DNA of 20,000 nt from Fibrobacteria bacterium (lineage in GTDB: Bacteria > Fibrobacterota > Fibrobacteria > UBA11236): positions 1 to 20,000 of the forward strand of contig JAYTHY010000130.1 in the NCBI GenBank assembly GCA_043732185.1. Reading direction: 5' to 3'. The position numbers were made by a program, and so were the translations under genes. The stretch's first letter is position 1. Each line of letters begins with the position of its first letter. Positions 16,351-20,000 of this stretch are shown here, piece by piece. Under the pieces are notes generated by a model. It worked only from the letters and a program-made list of their open reading frames with translations, was not told the origin of the DNA and did not search any database.

Positions 16351-17163
16351 CTATCGCGGCATCACCCTATTACCGCTATTTTCCATCAGCTCCTTACAGG
16401 ATATCCAGATCAATTCCCACCTATCGGTCACCTGATTGTGAACCGGTTCCGCCGCTAAACGGCAGCCGCGGCGAAGCGCCTCACGCAGTCCTGGTGGTAA
16501 GCTGGCACTGTTGAGTGCATTCTTGGGGCAATAGCTATCCTGCACTGCTTCTAAAGAGCCGCTGCGAAATTTTGAAAAAGCCTCCGCTTCCAAATCAGGA
16601 TTTAAGCCATGCTCCTTCATGAGCAGTGCTAAGGATTCCACACCATTTTGGAATTTTGGCAGGATGTCACTCCCCATTACAAATCCAAAGTTTTTCCTTG
16701 CCATATAGTGACTCAACCCGCGCCAAAGCAGCTTAGTGGCTTTCACAGTATCACAACCCGGCAAGAATGCCGGTGAGCCCATTTCCACTACCTGTTCGCG
16801 AGAGTAGCGAAGGGCAGTCACGAGCGCTGAAAGTTGGAATCTCCCGGTTTCTAGAGGACCTAAAATGGGGTTAGCGCCCCCCAGACCCATTAGCCGAGTG
16901 ACCGCTAAGAGCTTGCCAAAACCATTGTGTAGCATCAAAAATTCGCAATACGGTACAGCTGAAGGAGAAAAAATTCCCGTTGCCTGGGTAGCATGGGGGA
17001 ACCCGCCTGAAGCGCGTTCCAGGGCCAAGCAGTTTTCCAAGGCCTCGATATCTTCCGCCAGGGCAAGACTATGCCCCAAAATTCTCAAGGTCGCAGGGGC
17101 AGAACTCTTATTTGAGGATTTAGGGGTTATCCTGTATGGAGGATTGTTGAAATGGGTGTTCAT
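16351..17163 (-). CDS. Divergent GNAT-family N-acyltransferase related to OlsB (ornithine-lipid N-acyltransferase)
   Basis: GAAAGGAG RBS. The ordered motifs YCEFLML, AVTRLM, VVEMGS, LLWRGLSHYM..FVMGS and LPPGLREALRRGCRLAAEP parallel OlsB-type CDHLLV, GTYRL, ELGRS, LLWxGLxxY..GC and LPPLIKGYLRLGAxVCGEP. Confidence 0.6.
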   Translation of the reverse strand: MNTHFNNPPYRITPKSSNKSSAPATLRILGHSLALAEDIEALENCLALERASGGFPHATQATGIFSPSAVPYCEFLMLHNGFGKLLAVTRLMGLGGANPILGPLETGRFQLSALVTALRYSREQVVEMGSPAFLPGCDTVKATKLLWRGLSHYMARKNFGFVMGSDILPKFQNGVESLALLMKEHGLNPDLEAEAFSKFRSGSLEAVQDSYCPKNALNSASLPPGLREALRRGCRLAAEPVHNQVTDRWELIWISCKELMENSGNRVMPR

Positions 17164-17350
17164 GAAGTGGAACTCCTTTCAAATCAATGGGTTTACAGCA
17201 TTTTCCATGTTTTAATAAAATACCTTCCCAATGTTTCAGTCTTGATTCAAAGGCCATTCGACCCTATTTCTGAACGTTCCTTGGATGCTACCGTGCCTTG
17301 CCGGGGAAGTCACCGAGAGGTTAACCCTGCCAAAAGGCTCTATTCACAAG

Positions 17351-17368
17351 TGTTAGGACAATGTGAAC
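17351..17368 (-). promoter_or_regulatory. Possible Pho-box/OmpR-family direct repeat
   Basis: The minus strand reads GTTCACA-TTGTC-CTAACA (11-bp period), about 190 bp upstream of the OlsB-like gene. Confidence 0.3.
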
Positions 17369-17407
17369 AGCGCTATTTGGTAACACAAAACCCACCTGAA
17401 TTTACTT

Positions 17408-17935
17408 TCAATCGCCAGAGAATCCCCAGAACTTCCAGCCCCCATCCATTGAAACCATGCTTTTGGAGAAGTGCAATTCGGTTTCTCTCCCATTCCTTTT
17501 AACCCAAACATTCAAGCCATGCATGAAAAACATTCGGCCACATTCCTCTTTGACCCCAGTAAAGGCAAACTTCGAAAGTGAAGTTCCTGGACCAGGAAAA
17601 TTGGTGAGTTCACGAAGCAGCATCTTGCGGTTATCCATCAAAAAAAAGCCCATCCGAAAGTTCATGTCATCGGTATTTACAGTGTCGGAATTTTGTAAAA
17701 AAGGATAAAGGGCAATATACTCCTCCCGCATGACACTTAGTCGATAGAGGCCGGCGGTATCTCCTTGATTCAACAATACAATTGCTCTTTGCAGCAATTC
17801 TTCTGGGCTTTTAGCCTGATCGATAAAAATCGGTTTATAGATGTTTTGAGATTTTACAATAGGCTTCGATTTTGGCTTGAAGGTGATTTCTGAATACGAA
17901 GCGCTTACAACTAAAAGACAGAAAAAGGCAAACAC
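17408..17935 (-). CDS. Hypothetical exported protein; start uncertain (GTG 17935 preferred over 18007)
   Basis: Hydrophobic signal-like VFAFFCLLVVSASYS. C-terminus SMVSMDGGWKFW resembles the end of an NTF2-like fold. The longer track ORF runs through a terminator-like hairpin. Confidence 0.6.
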   Translation of the reverse strand: MFAFFCLLVVSASYSEITFKPKSKPIVKSQNIYKPIFIDQAKSPEELLQRAIVLLNQGDTAGLYRLSVMREEYIALYPFLQNSDTVNTDDMNFRMGFFLMDNRKMLLRELTNFPGPGTSLSKFAFTGVKEECGRMFFMHGLNVWVKRNGRETELHFSKSMVSMDGGWKFWGFSGD

Positions 17936-17959
17936 TTGCGCTGAAAGTGCTTGCCTCCA

Positions 17960-17989
17960 TAAATAAAAGGCCGACCTCGAACGGTCGGC
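17960..17989 (-). terminator. Rho-independent terminator-like hairpin downstream of the beta-helix-like gene
   Basis: The minus strand reads GCCGACC-GTTCGA-GGTCGGC followed by CTTTTATTT, 14 nt after the stop at 18004. Confidence 0.65.
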
Positions 17990-18003
17990 GGCAAAAACTG
18001 GAA

Positions 18004-19611
18004 TCAACGGCCACCCTCAGTATGCGTGATCATTACCTTGGCGCTATGGGTCTCACCCACCGCGGTTACACGGACAAAGAATAGACCATTTTGCAATGTC
18101 TTGAATTCATTCTTGCCCAAGTGATTGCGTCCCTGATGCAGATTAACTGTACCAAGGTTTACTTGGACTCTTCCGGTTAGGTCCAGTATTTGGATATTGG
18201 CGACGGTCGCGAATCCGGCCTGAACAGTTAAAGCTCCTGCCTCCATGCTCAACATGCCAATTAAGGAAGGCTTTGCCAAACTGCGCGCCGCGATGCCTAC
18301 TGTTGGGCGAGCCTTACCATTAGCGTAAACAACGGTGCCTGGCAGGGTCCAACCCTTATACCAGTAATTGGCAGTATCCGTTCCGATGATGGCGCCTACG
18401 GAATCAGCCGCCAAACTGGTACTGGCTAAACCCATATCCATGTAGAGCGCCGAGTCCACATACTTAACTGTTGAATCAAACAAAACTTTTAGGCCTTTGC
18501 CGACCACGGAAGTATCCTTGACATCCCATTTGGATTTAAAGGTACCGGTGATAAAGGTTTTGTTCAAGCTAAGCGTGGGAGTAGCGGCAATCATATTGTT
18601 GGCGCTCGCTAAATCAAGTACCGATACCATCCAAGCCGAAGAATCTCCGACCAAGAGCATGCGGTTATATTCTCCGCCCATATTTTCCTTGAACTGGATG
18701 GGACCCTTATTCACGCCATTGTCGACCACGGTGATATTGGACCATTTGGGATGGGACTGGGGTACCTTACCGGCTACGGGATTGCTGGAGGCTTCAATGC
18801 CATTGTCTCCGACCTTTTCGGTATAGGTGGTATCATGGTACTGGCCATCCTTGGGACCGCCGACATATTTCAAAGTATCGCCGGTAGGGCCGTAGAAATA
18901 ATAATGGCGTGCCTGAGCAGAATCCTTGCCCTGGATAACCATCATGTACTGACCGGTTCCCGAATAACCATTATCCATATCGAAACCATCGTCGGTTTCA
19001 TTGGTGGCTACGAAATGGTCGACATTGACCGTGCCCCCGAACCATTCAAAGGCATCGTCATCGCCATTATTGCTCTGGATATGATGGAGCACGGTTTTGT
19101 CGCCCACACCGCACAGGGTCAAACCATTCAGCTCTTTATCCACTTCCACGGCAAAGCCAGGATAGTTGATAGTCACATAGGTCATGACACCGCTGCTATC
19201 ATGGGCATCATTGCCACCATAGGCCCATTCCGGAATGGCTTCAAAATATTTTGTCGGCTCATTGGTAGGCGCTTTGCCCAAAAGGACAATGCCGCCCCAG
19301 CCGCCGCGTTTCAATTCCGTAGAGGTGAAGTTAATAGGTTTAGCTTTGGTGCCCGGAGCTACTAGATAGGCTCCCCGGTTGACACATAGAGTACCTCGTG
19401 TCGAGTACTGACCCTTAATGGTTGTACCGGGTTGGATAGACAATGTAATGCCCGAATCGACGGTGGTACGGCCCTTGATTATCCAGACATGAGCACTGTC
19501 GAGCATTTTATTAGCCATGATATGACCTGAGATGGTATCCGTAGGCAGGTCCGCAGAAGCGAATCCAGCTATCAGGCCGATACCGGCCAAGGTGGTGCGT
19601 AAATTAATCAT
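18004..19611 (-). CDS. Secreted beta-helix-like protein of the family found beside TonB-dependent receptors, with a T9SS-like C-terminal domain; start placed at ATG 19611
   Basis: GAAAGGA RBS before MINLRTTLAGIGLIAGFASA (signal peptide). Motifs TLSIQPGTTIKG, GTKAKPINFTS, GGWGGIVLLGKA, ELNGLTLCGVG, DDDAFEWFGGTV and DDGFDMDNGYSG. Tail ILDLTGR...NGLFFVRV. Confidence 0.8.
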   Translation of the reverse strand: MINLRTTLAGIGLIAGFASADLPTDTISGHIMANKMLDSAHVWIIKGRTTVDSGITLSIQPGTTIKGQYSTRGTLCVNRGAYLVAPGTKAKPINFTSTELKRGGWGGIVLLGKAPTNEPTKYFEAIPEWAYGGNDAHDSSGVMTYVTINYPGFAVEVDKELNGLTLCGVGDKTVLHHIQSNNGDDDAFEWFGGTVNVDHFVATNETDDGFDMDNGYSGTGQYMMVIQGKDSAQARHYYFYGPTGDTLKYVGGPKDGQYHDTTYTEKVGDNGIEASSNPVAGKVPQSHPKWSNITVVDNGVNKGPIQFKENMGGEYNRMLLVGDSSAWMVSVLDLASANNMIAATPTLSLNKTFITGTFKSKWDVKDTSVVGKGLKVLFDSTVKYVDSALYMDMGLASTSLAADSVGAIIGTDTANYWYKGWTLPGTVVYANGKARPTVGIAARSLAKPSLIGMLSMEAGALTVQAGFATVANIQILDLTGRVQVNLGTVNLHQGRNHLGKNEFKTLQNGLFFVRVTAVGETHSAKVMITHTEGGR

Positions 19612-19664
19612 TTTTGATCCTTTCAAATTTGGTTTGATAATTAAATGAAAACATTTTTTTCGAC

Positions 19665-20000
19665 TCAAAACTCAAGGGTGTAACCCAATTCATAAGCGGT
19701 GCCCTCCTGAGACTCCTCTAAAGTGTATTGACGTTTAACCGTGGCATAAACTCGTTCTAAAACAGCTGAAGGCACGGTATAATAATGAAGCAAATCATTA
19801 TATTCCCTAGCCTTAATTCGCTTGCGTGAGGAAAGCAAATTTTTCACTTTTATTGTGAATTGATGATGTTTGTAAAAAGTGATGCGACCTAAATAGTCCA
19901 AGCTTGGAAAAGGTTGTTCGTATTCATCCGGCACAAGCTGAATGCCAACATTGCGAATCCGTTCTCCCGCTACATTGAATGCCAAAGACTGCGTCCACGC
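19665..20000 (-). CDS. C-terminal part of a probable TonB-dependent receptor (continues beyond the window)
   Basis: The pattern FNVAGERI...DEYEQPFPSLD...IKVKNLL...GTAYELGYTLEF is typical of the final TBDR strands, with a terminal Phe. The frame is open to the window edge. Confidence 0.75.
   Translation of the reverse strand, partial: AWTQSLAFNVAGERIRNVGIQLVPDEYEQPFPSLDYLGRITFYKHHQFTIKVKNLLSSRKRIKAREYNDLLHYYTVPSAVLERVYATVKRQYTLEESQEGTAYELGYTLEF

Noticed and set aside
17280..17335. Sigma-54-like TGGCAG/GGCACG elements upstream of the OlsB-like gene
   Set aside because: There is no GC at the required -12 spacing (GG-N10-GC is not satisfied).
17164..17407. Riboswitch or ncRNA in the long intergenic region
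   Set aside because: No conserved riboswitch motif or convincing multi-stem structure was recognised by eye. An Rfam scan would be needed.
190..18826. Numerous 60-135-aa alternative-frame and antisense ORFs in the track (e.g. 4961-5272, 12732-13091, 16028-16435, 17152-17502)
   Set aside because: They overlap confident genes, lack RBS or family motifs, and are expected by chance.
18751..19365. 204-aa plus-strand ORF
   Set aside because: It is the antisense shadow of the well-supported beta-helix-like gene and has no recognisable motifs.
19612..19668. Longer N-terminus for the beta-helix-like protein (start 19668)
   Set aside because: The signal peptide and the GAAAGGA RBS fit ATG 19611.
1..20000. 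CRISPR array, tRNA/rRNA, prophage or defence system
   Set aside because: No spaced repeat arrays, RNA gene signatures, or phage/defence domains were recognised.

Overview
This is a bacterial window, most likely from Fibrobacterota (FCB group). That assignment is inferred from secreted proteins with T9SS-like C-terminal domains, GCMD linkers and a lineage-typical outer-membrane protein. The left edge (1-159) appears to be the right end of an IS4-family element inserted into the 3' end of a tandem SGNH esterase gene. Region 137-13.3 kb looks like a SusC/D-free carbohydrate-utilisation locus. It encodes a secreted double-SGNH esterase, a secreted glucose/sorbosone-dehydrogenase-like beta-propeller, a secreted ThuA-like protein, an uncharacterised outer-membrane beta-barrel candidate, a xylose-isomerase-like TIM barrel, an RbsBAC-type sugar ABC transporter and two convergent paralogous AraC regulators. 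An identical 19-bp operator-like sequence lies upstream of two of its transcription units. Region 13.4-16.3 kb is a thyA-folA-mgtE operon whose DHFR carries a ~45-aa insertion. Region 16.3-20 kb holds a degenerate OlsB-like GNAT gene behind a Pho-box-like repeat, a small exported protein, a secreted beta-helix-like protein and the 3' end of a TonB-dependent receptor. No rRNA, tRNA or CRISPR array was seen. All family assignments come from motif recognition, not from database searches.
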